A DNA stretch of 62,047 nucleotides, counting the filler. It is 3 parts of 3 records of this genome, joined end to end, with 100 filler letters (N's around TTAATTAATTAA, not from the genome) between each part and the next. Parts side by side here need not be neighbours in the genome. Positions count along the whole stretch, not along the records: positions 26,656 to 49,443 come from SRR20825006_2266; positions 49,544 to 62,047 come from SRR20825006_2270; 1 more part is not named here. One strand, 5' to 3'. Position numbers and translations under genes: made by a program. This document shows, in pieces, positions 46,197-54,684 of the stretch. How positions within the stretch are numbered: position 1 is the first letter of the stretch; each line of letters opens with the position of its first letter. Below the pieces are notes generated by a model, which did not search any database, was not told where the DNA came from, and worked only from the letters and a program-made list of their open reading frames with translations.

Positions 46197-46619
46197 ATGA
46201 GCAATAAAAGCAGATTGGTAGAAGGAAAAGCAACGCCTCGAGGTGCATACCCACACGTAAAACGCGTTGGCGATTTTATATTTATTAGCGGAACAAGTTC
46301 ACGCCTGCCCGACAATACCTTTGCTGGTGTTAACAAAATTGATGAGATGGGCACGATGCATTTCGACATAAAAGAACAAACACGTGCCGTGCTAGAAAAT
46401 ATAAAAGATTACCTCGCTACCGAAGGCGCAACAATGGCAGATGTGGTGGACGTAACCAGTTTTTTAGTAAATATGAACGACTTTGCAGGTTATAATGCAG
46501 TTTATGCAGAATATTTTAATAAAGAAACTGGACCTACCCGAACTACTGTGGCTGTGCATCAATTGCCACATCCATATTTGGTTGTGGAGATAAAGGCGAT
46601 GGCTTATAAACCTTTGTAA
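46197..46619 (+). CDS. RidA family protein, probable 2-aminomuconate deaminase
   Basis: [12 protein letters not shown]...[21 protein letters not shown]...VEI; operon context. Confidence 0.8.
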   Translation: MSNKSRLVEGKATPRGAYPHVKRVGDFIFISGTSSRLPDNTFAGVNKIDEMGTMHFDIKEQTRAVLENIKDYLATEGATMADVVDVTSFLVNMNDFAGYNAVYAEYFNKETGPTRTTVAVHQLPHPYLVVEIKAMAYKPL

Positions 46620-46620
46620 A

Positions 46621-48066
46621 ATGCAAAAAATCCTAAACTATATAAATGGCGAATACGTTGAGCCACATTCTAAAAAATGGTTAGACAACTACAATCCTTC
46701 CAATGGCGAAGTGTATTCACAAATTGCAAATTCAAATGCAGAGGATATTGAAAATGCTTATCAAGCTGCCAAAGAAGCATTTCCAAAATGGAGCAACACA
46801 ACCATTGAAGAGCGCAGCCGCATTCTTCTAAAAATCGCAGATTTAATTGAAGAAAAGCTGGTTAGTTTGGCAGAAGCTGAAGCAAAAGACAATGGCAAAC
46901 CGCTTAGTTTAGCCTTGGCTGTTGATATTCCAAGAGCATCTGCAAATTTTCGTTTTTTCGGAAATGCAATCACACAATTTTCCAGTGAAGCACATGAAAG
47001 CGTAGGTTTAAACACGATGAATTTTACATTAAGGCAACCCCTTGGCGTAGTGGGTTGTATTTCACCTTGGAACCTTCCGCTTTATTTGTTTTCTTGGAAA
47101 ATCGCACCCGCAATCGCTGCAGGAAATACAGTTGTCGCCAAACCTAGTGAAGTTACACCGCTTACCGCTTTTCTTTTAGGTGAAATATGCACTGAAGCAG
47201 GCTTGCCAAAAGGTGTTTTAAACATCGTTCATGGCACGGGGCCTTCCGCAGGGCAAGCCATTGTAGCGCATAAAAACATTAAAGCAATTTCATTTACAGG
47301 AGGAACCAAAACTGGTGAACACATTGCTCGTACCGCCGCGCCAATGTTTAAAAAACTTTCGTTGGAATTGGGTGGAAAAAATCCAAATCTCATTTTTGCT
47401 GATTGCGATTATGAAAAAATGCTCGCCGTTACGGTGCGTTCTTCTTTTGCAAATCAAGGACAGATTTGCCTTTGTGGAAGTAGAATTTTTGTGGAAAAAC
47501 CAATTTATGAAAAGTTCAAAAAAGATTTTGTTGAAAAAGTAAAACAATTAAAAATAGGCAACCCTTTTAATGCCGAAACAACTATTGGAGCCTTGGTTTC
47601 AAAACCACATTTAGAAAAAGTAGTATCATACATTAAAATTGCCCAAGAAGAAGGTGAAAAAATTCTTTGTGGCGGAAATAGAGTAACTGTAAAAGATTTT
47701 GAAAACGGTTATTATTTAGAACCTACCGTTATTGAAGTGTCTGACGACCAATGTCGTGTAAACCAAGAAGAAATATTCGGGCCAGTGGTTACCATCATGC
47801 CTTTTGAAACTGAGGAAGAAGCATTGCAAATGGCAAACTCAGTTAAATATGGCTTATCTTCCACACTTTGGACTTCAGACCTAAACCGAACCATGCGTAT
47901 TTCAAAAAATATTGAAGCTGGAATTGTTTGGGTAAACACATGGCTAAACCGTGATTTAAGAACTCCTTTTGGTGGAATGAAAGACAGCGGCGTAGGTCGT
48001 GAAGGCGGATTTGAAGCACTACATTTTTTTACAGAAACGAAGAATGTGTGTATAAAATATGAATAA
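46621..48066 (+). CDS. Aldehyde dehydrogenase, probable 2-aminomuconate semialdehyde dehydrogenase
   Basis: SPWNLPLYL, KPSE, FTGGT, LELGGKN, NQGQICLCGSR, EEIFGPV, RDLRTPFGG; context. Confidence 0.88.
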   Translation: MQKILNYINGEYVEPHSKKWLDNYNPSNGEVYSQIANSNAEDIENAYQAAKEAFPKWSNTTIEERSRILLKIADLIEEKLVSLAEAEAKDNGKPLSLALAVDIPRASANFRFFGNAITQFSSEAHESVGLNTMNFTLRQPLGVVGCISPWNLPLYLFSWKIAPAIAAGNTVVAKPSEVTPLTAFLLGEICTEAGLPKGVLNIVHGTGPSAGQAIVAHKNIKAISFTGGTKTGEHIARTAAPMFKKLSLELGGKNPNLIFADCDYEKMLAVTVRSSFANQGQICLCGSRIFVEKPIYEKFKKDFVEKVKQLKIGNPFNAETTIGALVSKPHLEKVVSYIKIAQEEGEKILCGGNRVTVKDFENGYYLEPTVIEVSDDQCRVNQEEIFGPVVTIMPFETEEEALQMANSVKYGLSSTLWTSDLNRTMRISKNIEAGIVWVNTWLNRDLRTPFGGMKDSGVGREGGFEALHFFTETKNVCIKYE

Positions 48067-48070
48067 GAAT

Positions 48071-48141
48071 GTCAGGCTGAGCGAAGTCGAAGCCCGATTG
48101 AAATTGTAACATAAAAGCCCTTCGACTGTGCTCAGGGTGAC
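48071..48141. repeat. REP-like imperfect inverted repeat in an intra-operon spacer
   Basis: GTCAGGCTGAGCGAAGTCGAAG (48071-48092) versus CTTCGACTGTGCTCAGGGTGAC (48120-48141), 18/22 complementary. Confidence 0.75.
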
Positions 48142-48153
48142 AAAAGAAATATT

Positions 48154-48939
48154 ATGAATTTAGATTTAACAAATAAAAATGCTTTAGTCTGTGGAAGTAC
48201 CGCAGGAATAGGAAGAGCAACAGCAATTTTGCTAGCAAACCTAGGAGCGACAGTAACCTTGGTTGCGCGCGATGAAGCAAAATTAAAAGAAACGCTGATT
48301 GAACTTGACCACGATAAAGGACAAAAACACAATTATTTTGTAGCCGATTTCACCAATCCGCAACAGTTGAAGGATAAAGTGGAGGTTGCCGTTTCAAACA
48401 AAATTTTCCATATTCTAGTTAATAATACAGGTGGTCCAAAAGGTGGTCCAATTTTTTCTGCCGAAACTGATGCTTTTGAAAAAGCTTTTTCCATGCACTT
48501 AGTTTGTAATCAAATATTGGTGCAAGCGGTGGTTCCAGGAATGAAAGAAGCTGATTATGGGAGAATTATAAATATTATTTCTACTTCAGTAAAACAGCCT
48601 ATCGACGGGCTTGGCGTAAGCAATACCATTCGTGGCGCAGTAGCTAGTTGGAGTAAAACGCTTGCAAATGAATTAGGGCAATTTGGCATTACCGTAAACA
48701 ATGTATTGCCTGGTTTTACAGCTACAGATAGATTGGAAGATATTGTGGGCAATGCAGCCAAAAAAATGAATAAAACTGAAAAAGAAGCCAGTGAATTTAT
48801 GAAAAGTCTTGTTCCAGCAAGGCGTTTTGCACAACCTGGTGAAATTGCAAATGCAGTTGCTTTTCTTTCCAGCGAAGCTGCAAGTTACATAAACGGAATA
48901 AACCTTCCTGTGGATGGTGGACGAACCAAAAGTTTGTAA
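48154..48939 (+). CDS. SDR-family oxidoreductase with an atypical active site
   Basis: GSTAGIG, NNTGG, VNNVLPG; SNTIR occupies the YxxxK position. Confidence 0.9.
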   Translation: MNLDLTNKNALVCGSTAGIGRATAILLANLGATVTLVARDEAKLKETLIELDHDKGQKHNYFVADFTNPQQLKDKVEVAVSNKIFHILVNNTGGPKGGPIFSAETDAFEKAFSMHLVCNQILVQAVVPGMKEADYGRIINIISTSVKQPIDGLGVSNTIRGAVASWSKTLANELGQFGITVNNVLPGFTATDRLEDIVGNAAKKMNKTEKEASEFMKSLVPARRFAQPGEIANAVAFLSSEAASYINGINLPVDGGRTKSL

Positions 48940-48963
48940 CTTTAACATTCTTTAAAAAAACCT

Positions 48964-49443
48964 ATGAAACGAAAACTCCGCATTAACGGTCATTCACACC
49001 TGCTTCCATATCCAGAGGAAATTCCTCAATTTATGCAAGACAAGGGTATTTTTTGGGTAGATAAAGACCGAAAATTCATGCTTCAAAAAGATTGGAGCCG
49101 TCCAGTTACCGATTCTAGTTTTTTCCTCGATGAAAAACTGGAATGGATGGAGCGTTTTAAAATTGACCATGCTGTGGTTTTAAATCTTTCACAACTTTAT
49201 GGAAACGGTCTCCGTGTTGAAGAAATGAAACAAGCGCTTCGTTTTCAGAATGATTTTAATGCCAAAGTGCAACACGACCATCCTTCAAAATTTACCTGTG
49301 GGTTTGTAGTGCACCCAGGTTTTGTGCGCGGTGCTTTATGGGAAATTGAACGTTGTGTAGAACAATTAGGACTCCAACTTTTATGCTTGCCTACTCACTA
49401 TATGGACACCATTGGAACGTGGCGTTGTATTTTTGATGAAGAA
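48964..49443 (+). CDS. Amidohydrolase-family protein, probable ACMS decarboxylase (3' truncated)
   Basis: HSH metal motif near the N-terminus, amidohydrolase_2-like pattern, kynurenine operon context. Confidence 0.75.
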
Positions 49444-49543
49444 NNNNNNNNNNNNNNNNNNNNNNNNNNNNNNNNNNNNNNNNNNNNTTAATTAATTAAN
49501 NNNNNNNNNNNNNNNNNNNNNNNNNNNNNNNNNNNNNNNNNNN
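49444..49543. other. Artificial contig linker
   Basis: Same 44 N + TTAATTAATTAA + 44 N structure. Confidence 0.98.
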
Positions 49544-49544
49544 T

Positions 49545-50792
49545 GCGGGAAGTGGAAAGACCGAAAGTGTAGTCTATGGTTTTTTGAAACACTTCGAAAA
49601 AGAAGGGTTTTGCGGAATTATCCACGACTACAAGGATTTTGAGCTTACTGAAATGGCTTATCCCCTTTTTAAAGATGGTAATATCCCGTTTAAGGTCATT
49701 TCCTTTGATAAAATCATACATAGGGTAAATCCTATTGCACCACGCTATTTAGAGAACGAGGAAAGCGTAAACGAAGTTTCAAGGGTATTGATTGAAAACC
49801 TTTTGGAACAACGGGAATCTGGAACAACTGGAACGACCAAATTTTTCAATGATGCTGCGGAAGGCTTGATTGGTGGATTGATTTGGAAATTAAAAACTAC
49901 CTATCCACAATTCTGTACCCTTCCACATTTAATCGCCATTTATCAATATCTGGACACAAACAGCCTTATCCAGTTTTTGGAAACCAATACGACATCGAGG
50001 GCAATGGCAGATGCTTTTATAAGTGGAAAAGATTCTGAAAGACAGACCGCAGGAGTAAAAAGCACCTTGGCCAATGCTTTTAAACGAATTAGTACACACC
50101 GCATTTTTATGGCGTTGTCTGCGGACGAAGTGCCACTCAATATAAATAGTCCTGAAAATCCAACTGTAATTTCGGTCGTGAACAATCCCAAATTTGAAAC
50201 TTCGTATTCTCCTGTGATTGCCACCATCATCCATACCATTACAAAACAAATGAGTGTACGCAATGCAAAGCCTTCTTTTTTGATGATGGAAGAAGCACCA
50301 ACCATTCGTTTATTGAATATGCATCGTATTCCTGCGACACTTCGAAGCTATAATATTTCTACGATTTATGTGATGCAGGACAAAATACAAAATGATATGA
50401 TGTATGGGGACAAGGCAAGCAAAGCGATTTTAAGCAATCTATCCTACCAATTTTTCGGCAAGGTCAACGACCCAGATACTGCCAAATATTACGAACGCTT
50501 TTTTGAAATTATCAAAGACCCTACGAAGAGTATAAGTCGTGGGCATAATCTGGATTTTGATACGCGAATAACAACGGGCGAAAAAGAGATACCGAAGATA
50601 AGAGCAGACGTTTTCTTTCGATTAAAACAGGGCGAATTTATAACCTATGCTGATGGTAAGGATAAGAAAGTGCAGTTTAAATTGTCAAGAATCCAAAGGC
50701 AACTTCCTGAAGAATCCAAGCAATTTTCTCAGGCGGATTTAGCGGATAATTTTGATAGGATTTATGATGAGGCGAAGTCTATATTTAATTAA
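49545..50792 (+). CDS. Type IV coupling protein (VirD4/TraD/MobC-like), 5' truncated
   Basis: Frame is open from the linker: AGSGKT Walker A, IHDYK, NP, MEEAPT Walker B-like, ATLRS, QD..Q. Confidence 0.85.
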   Translation, partial: AGSGKTESVVYGFLKHFEKEGFCGIIHDYKDFELTEMAYPLFKDGNIPFKVISFDKIIHRVNPIAPRYLENEESVNEVSRVLIENLLEQRESGTTGTTKFFNDAAEGLIGGLIWKLKTTYPQFCTLPHLIAIYQYLDTNSLIQFLETNTTSRAMADAFISGKDSERQTAGVKSTLANAFKRISTHRIFMALSADEVPLNINSPENPTVISVVNNPKFETSYSPVIATIIHTITKQMSVRNAKPSFLMMEEAPTIRLLNMHRIPATLRSYNISTIYVMQDKIQNDMMYGDKASKAILSNLSYQFFGKVNDPDTAKYYERFFEIIKDPTKSISRGHNLDFDTRITTGEKEIPKIRADVFFRLKQGEFITYADGKDKKVQFKLSRIQRQLPEESKQFSQADLADNFDRIYDEAKSIFN

Positions 50793-50805
50793 GAAAGACA
50801 ATCTT

Positions 50806-52614
50806 TCAATCAAGATCAATGATTGAAATCTCTTTCCCGAACTTTTCAATTAATTGTTTATCTGTAATTTTTTCAGGAAATGCCATCGCCAAAAGATGTT
50901 TAGGTCTCGACATCGCAACGTAGATTATACGTTTCTTTTCTTTAATGAAACCATCGGCATCAGGCTCTAAATCTCTAAAATTAATATTGCTTGCGTGGTT
51001 TTTTTCATCAAAAAATATTAGGATAGCATCCAATGTTTTTCCTTTAACTTGATGAACTGTGGTCAGCGAGCTGGTTTTATCAATATCGACACGATTGAAA
51101 TGAGCTGTGATAGGGTCTGTTCTCGTAGCCTTTGCAAAATATTTTGAAGTTTTCTTTATTTTAAAATCAATATCATAATCGAGATTTAAAACTTTCTTTA
51201 CGTAAGCTGGGCATAGCTTTGACCAGTCTTCTACGGTATTTGAAAGTTCTGGCAACCCTTCAACAAATTTTATGATGCGGGCATTATAGAGATAATCAGT
51301 TTTTAGGTCGGCTCGCAAATGGCCAAAATCAACAAAAGATAATCCTCTATTTTCCAAGCGAATTATAATATTGCGGGCTATGTTAATGGCTTCTTTTAAA
51401 TTTCTATCATCATACTCAATTTTAGCGGCGATAAGGTCATAGGCTAATTGGTTGTGCCAAGGACGTTGTTGGGCATCTCTACCTAACATTTTGTTTCTCA
51501 TACTATTTCCACGTACAACTACTTTCAGCTTTCCAAATCCTTTGTTACTGCAGTATTCTTCAAAATGACCAATAATATCGCCCCTGTCATCCGATTTGTA
51601 TTTATATACAAGAATAGATTCCTTTAGGTCGGTCGTACAAGCACTCTTAATTGTGCGTTCTGTTTCTGGTCGTAAAAGTGAGAAACAGTCAATTATACGT
51701 TGGGGCGACCTTCTATTGTTTGATAAATCTAAACCTGTATAATCATCGTTATTATATTTGTCTAAAAATAATTGTGGGTTAGCATCCCTAAATTCATACA
51801 AGCTTTGATAGGGGTCGCCAATAAACTCAATATTCGCTAATCCTTGACTGTTCAATTCCTCAAAAATGTGATGTTGCATAAGAGAATTATCTTGTGCCTC
51901 GTCAACAATTATATGAGGAAACCTGCTTGCAAGCCATTTACTTATTCTTGGATTCTTTCTTAGTAGTCTTAAGGCAATATAGGCAGAATCATTGGTAGTT
52001 ATTAGGCCATTTTCAAATTGCCAGCCTTTAACATATTTACAGTATTTCTCAAAAATAGCCAAATCAACTTTTTCTTCTGAAGGGGCATTCCCATTTACAG
52101 AATAGCTTCCATCGGGTTCCAGTCTTATCGTGGATGGCAAGTATTGATAATAGATGCTTCTTCCCGACTTAGCTTTTAAAGAATTCATTGGATTTTTGAG
52201 ACCATCCATTAACTGACCTTTCTTGTTGGTGTATTTCGTTTTCCAGAATAAATCTAAACGGGCATTGCTTTCCAAAATTTGTGGTCGTGCAAAATTTCGT
52301 TCAAGAAGATAGTAAAATGGTAATGTGATGTAGGTGTTAATGAAGCTATCAATAGTGCTAACTAAATGTGGGTATTTTAGACTTCTACCACAAAGTTGAT
52401 TGTAAGTTAGGTTAAGCTCATCTTTTGCAGCATTTGTAAAAGAGATACAGGCAATTCCTGAATGATTACCATAACTGCTTTTGTATTCGTCTTCGAGGTT
52501 GATAACTTTTTGAGCAATAGCAGTAGTTTTACCACCGCCTGGACAGGCATTTAAAACAACTCTACCTCTGGCATCAAAATAGCCTTTTAATTCGTCTGTA
52601 ATGTCCAATTCCAT
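50806..52614 (-). CDS. UvrD/Rep superfamily-1 helicase, GajB-like
   Basis: ACPGGGKT, ISFTN, TIDSF, VDEAQD, GDPYQSLYEFR, NRRS, TVHQVKG, YVAMSRPK. Confidence 0.88.
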   Translation of the reverse strand: MELDITDELKGYFDARGRVVLNACPGGGKTTAIAQKVINLEDEYKSSYGNHSGIACISFTNAAKDELNLTYNQLCGRSLKYPHLVSTIDSFINTYITLPFYYLLERNFARPQILESNARLDLFWKTKYTNKKGQLMDGLKNPMNSLKAKSGRSIYYQYLPSTIRLEPDGSYSVNGNAPSEEKVDLAIFEKYCKYVKGWQFENGLITTNDSAYIALRLLRKNPRISKWLASRFPHIIVDEAQDNSLMQHHIFEELNSQGLANIEFIGDPYQSLYEFRDANPQLFLDKYNNDDYTGLDLSNNRRSPQRIIDCFSLLRPETERTIKSACTTDLKESILVYKYKSDDRGDIIGHFEEYCSNKGFGKLKVVVRGNSMRNKMLGRDAQQRPWHNQLAYDLIAAKIEYDDRNLKEAINIARNIIIRLENRGLSFVDFGHLRADLKTDYLYNARIIKFVEGLPELSNTVEDWSKLCPAYVKKVLNLDYDIDFKIKKTSKYFAKATRTDPITAHFNRVDIDKTSSLTTVHQVKGKTLDAILIFFDEKNHASNINFRDLEPDADGFIKEKKRIIYVAMSRPKHLLAMAFPEKITDKQLIEKFGKEISIIDLD

Positions 52615-52616
52615 AC

Positions 52617-54548
52617 TTACCCCTTTAAATGCTTTAGACTTTTTCGAATGTATTTTGGAATTACAAATTCTTTTCTGGCACGCTTTAGGTTCTTGAGAAT
52701 ATATAGTGAGAAGTTTTGAGAAAATTCGCCTTTAGCTGGAAACGACTTCCACAATAATATAGCTGCTTTTCTCTGTTGTTCTTCGGTAAGTTCTTTGTCA
52801 ATCACGGCATCCACATAGTCAAGAATGGCTTTCGCTTTCTTGGAACTTATTTTGTAGATGTACTTAAATAGAAAGTTATTTTCAATACCCTCTTTTGTAT
52901 TTGGGATATTTGCAAGTGCCAATTCATATTCAAGAGTTTTTTCAGCAGCAAAGATTTTTATAGTGTCTTTACCATTAATCGCGGAAGTAATATTTGGAAT
53001 TCTCGATGATACGTCTGCTGCCTGAATTAAACCATCCAGTTCATCCAACTTTTCATAATCTGTGACAAGAAGTTTCTTAAAAGAGTATTCTTTTTTCTTC
53101 GAGCCAGAAAATTTGTCATCATCCGTTAGAATTGAAACTGGTTTGTCAATGGATTTATGTGGCTGGCTCGAATTGAACAAATGAATAAACGGATAAAAAC
53201 TCGTGCCACCAATATTGACCAGTTCTATTCTGTAATCTTCCAAACGATATTTCTTTATTGCTGTAAAAGCTGATATTAAAAGCTCTTCGGAAATACCTTC
53301 AACAAATAGTACTGCTTTGGCAAACAGCAGTTGAGATTTTGTCACATCTATATACCTTTCCAACTGTCTTCGTCTGAATCTGAAATTTGCTTGGGTCAAT
53401 TCCTTACCCTTAACGGTGTCTTCTATAATCTTTTCCGAAACCCTATCTTTAAACTGCTTGCTCAATTGGAAGGCTTGACCATCCAATAATATTAAGTTCT
53501 TTAAAGGTACTTTGGAAGTTAACGTTGGGGAATGTGTTGTAATGAATAATTGACTGTTTTTAGATTTGCTGGAATCTCTCAAAAAACTATAAAGACTTAG
53601 CTGAAGTTGCGGATGTAGGTGTGCTTCGGGTTCTTCAATAAGCAGGGCAAAGTGAGGTATCTTATTATCTTTGATTTGGTCTTTAATATCGCCGAGAACT
53701 GTTGCAATATATATAAGATTATTTTGCCCTAAACTATTCTGCCAAAGCGAAAAACCATCACCCGCCAAACTATCCCTATCGTGAGGTAAGAATGGTTTTA
53801 TAGCGTTTACAATATATTCGGTTTTTGATTGCTCTATTTGAAGTCCAATTTGGTTATCTCTAAAGCGTTGATAAATACCAGCGAGATTTTCGTTTACCCC
53901 ATCACGGGTTTCCGAAACTTCAGTTTGCGCTAAAAGTTCATCATTTGCAGTACGCATAATACCTTCAATAACATCTTCAGTCTCGTTTTTTTCAACTCGC
54001 CTTTTGATAACACGACCCAAGACATTTCCTCTATTGGTCAATAAATCTCTGGTGCTGTCCCTTAGACCACTCAGGTAGTAATGCTGAAAAATTGCGAATG
54101 TACTATAATCAGCTTTCTGACCCTCAACATTCCCAGTATAGTAAGATGAGATAGGATATTTTCCGCCTTTATCTTCGTAGGTTAGTACAACTTGTGCATA
54201 TTCATTTGTATCATCTTCGGGATCAATAACCATATACTCATACAATGCACCTCTTTGTGAGGCTGATAACCCTTTAAACTGAAAAGCTATGGTAATTTTA
54301 TCTGCTCTCGTGACATTCAAGTTGTCTTCTGCATCTTTTTCTATACTTTCGTGGAAATCAGCAAATCCTACTGAAATATCCCTGATGGGTTCACCCATAT
54401 TGTAAAGTAACCTGATAGCATCGATAACTGCCGATTTGTTACTTCCATTTTCCCCGATTAGTATATTTATGCTACGGTTAAAATTAAGCACCATTTCTTT
54501 GATTCCCCTAAAATTTTTGATGACAAGTTTGGATAAATACATACGCAA
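52617..54548 (-). CDS. OLD-family ATP-dependent endonuclease (ABC ATPase + TOPRIM), GajA-like
   Basis: IKNFRGI, GENGSNKS, IEEPEAHLHPQLQ, ITTHSP, TOPRIM FVEGISE and TDDD, TLEYEL. Confidence 0.9.
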   Translation of the reverse strand: MRMYLSKLVIKNFRGIKEMVLNFNRSINILIGENGSNKSAVIDAIRLLYNMGEPIRDISVGFADFHESIEKDAEDNLNVTRADKITIAFQFKGLSASQRGALYEYMVIDPEDDTNEYAQVVLTYEDKGGKYPISSYYTGNVEGQKADYSTFAIFQHYYLSGLRDSTRDLLTNRGNVLGRVIKRRVEKNETEDVIEGIMRTANDELLAQTEVSETRDGVNENLAGIYQRFRDNQIGLQIEQSKTEYIVNAIKPFLPHDRDSLAGDGFSLWQNSLGQNNLIYIATVLGDIKDQIKDNKIPHFALLIEEPEAHLHPQLQLSLYSFLRDSSKSKNSQLFITTHSPTLTSKVPLKNLILLDGQAFQLSKQFKDRVSEKIIEDTVKGKELTQANFRFRRRQLERYIDVTKSQLLFAKAVLFVEGISEELLISAFTAIKKYRLEDYRIELVNIGGTSFYPFIHLFNSSQPHKSIDKPVSILTDDDKFSGSKKKEYSFKKLLVTDYEKLDELDGLIQAADVSSRIPNITSAINGKDTIKIFAAEKTLEYELALANIPNTKEGIENNFLFKYIYKISSKKAKAILDYVDAVIDKELTEEQQRKAAILLWKSFPAKGEFSQNFSLYILKNLKRARKEFVIPKYIRKSLKHLKG

Positions 54549-54684
54549 GTGGATGGTTGGTTAAACTTGTAAATTTAACAAACATTTTCTTGCATTCGGA
54601 ATAACTGTAATCCTATTGTAGTTTTTAAAAACATATCCTCACAATTTAATATCATTATCTTTACTGTCCGATTTTATTTAAACA

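Noticed and set aside
48964-50792. Kynurenine genes as cargo of the conjugative element
   Set aside because: The two are separated by the artificial linker, so adjacency is not evidence. ORFs running into the N runs are artefacts at those ends.
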